Assembly: GCA_019057375.1 (NCBI GenBank)
Contig: DXJF01000099.1
Span: 1-36,733 of the forward strand
From: Candidatus Heimdallarchaeota archaeon
GTDB taxonomy: Archaea > Asgardarchaeota > Heimdallarchaeia > Heimdallarchaeales > Heimdallarchaeaceae
Length of the DNA stretch: 36,733 nucleotides
Reading direction: 5' to 3'
Shown here: positions 36,562 through 36,733 of the stretch, piece after piece
Layout: the number at the start of each line of letters is the position of its first letter
Position numbering within the stretch: position 1 is the stretch's first letter
Notes under the pieces: model-generated
The model's input: the letters and a program-made list of their open reading frames with translations, nothing else
Databases searched by the model: none
What the model was told of the DNA's origin: nothing
Translations under genes and position numbers: made by a program

Positions 36562-36733
36562 AGCTAGATGGTGTGCTCTTCAGCACTTGCCTGTTTCGCA
36601 ACTACACAAGTGGTTGTCCCTCAGTAAACTTTCCATGAAACGGGGAGCCTAGCTAGCTCTGTGCTGATAGCCCACTAACTAACACTGTCTTCATGACTTC
36701 CCCTCAACGCACGTGAGGGGATCCACTTAAACG
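36562..36733 (+). ncRNA. Candidate structured ncRNA downstream of an internal TATA box
   Basis: TTTATATAT at 36537-36545. AGCTAG (36562-67) can pair with CTAGCT (36649-54), enclosing GTGCT/AGCAC, CAACTAC/GTGGTTG and TCCC/GGGA stems; a further TCCCCTCA/TGAGGGGA hairpin follows. Confidence 0.4.

Larger units (their letters stand above)
36431..36733. mobile_element. Probable end of an inserted element (family unresolved) containing a structured non-coding region
   Basis: Abrupt junction inside a conserved gene, GC rise to 141/303, several hairpins, no ORF, runs off the window edge. Confidence 0.55.

Noticed and set aside
36562-36654. tRNA, SRP RNA, RNase P RNA or known riboswitch
   Set aside because: No TΨC/anticodon geometry and no SRP, RNase P, TPP, SAM-I or FMN signature sequences recognised.
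36431-36733. Group II or group I intron as the inserted element
   Set aside because: No GUGCG at the junction, no domain V (GAGCCG...GAAA...CGGUUC) on either strand, and no convincing group I P/Q/R/S elements. A GTGCG on the minus strand near 36713 sits in a hairpin loop. Not fully excluded, because the element is incomplete.

Overview
AT-rich (about 30% GC, estimated by eye) archaeal chromosomal window, most plausibly from an Asgard archaeon such as a Heimdallarchaeia-like lineage. The archaeal call rests on the PoK/PPS route to CoA, TATA-like promoters and oligo-T terminators; the Asgard call is inference only. The window is gene-dense and mostly metabolic. It contains an AEC transporter, a 2-oxoacid:ferredoxin oxidoreductase alpha/beta pair followed by an SLC13/DASS transporter, an MMPL protein, an S9 peptidase, an orphan CcrM-like DNA methyltransferase and a NUDIX hydrolase. 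A five-gene CoA/pantothenate cluster (coaBC, panE, pantoate kinase, panB, phosphopantothenate synthetase) has ferritin inside it and a GDCCVxC protein at its edge. Further right are tandem alpha/beta hydrolases, a membrane-tethered wHTH regulator next to a surface protein, a sulfotransferase, anchored extracellular hydrolases, a roughly 1,400-aa acyl-CoA dehydratase-activase fusion, a C45 peptidase and two gene relics. The most striking feature is the last 303 bp: an MBL-fold gene stops matching its family right after its TPGH motif and is replaced by a GC-richer (141/303, about 47%) non-coding stretch. That stretch has a hairpin plus T8 terminator-like element, an internal TATA box and a multi-stem RNA-like region. 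It is probably the end of a mobile element carrying a structured ncRNA, but its family cannot be fixed from this window. I found no rRNA, tRNA or CRISPR array.
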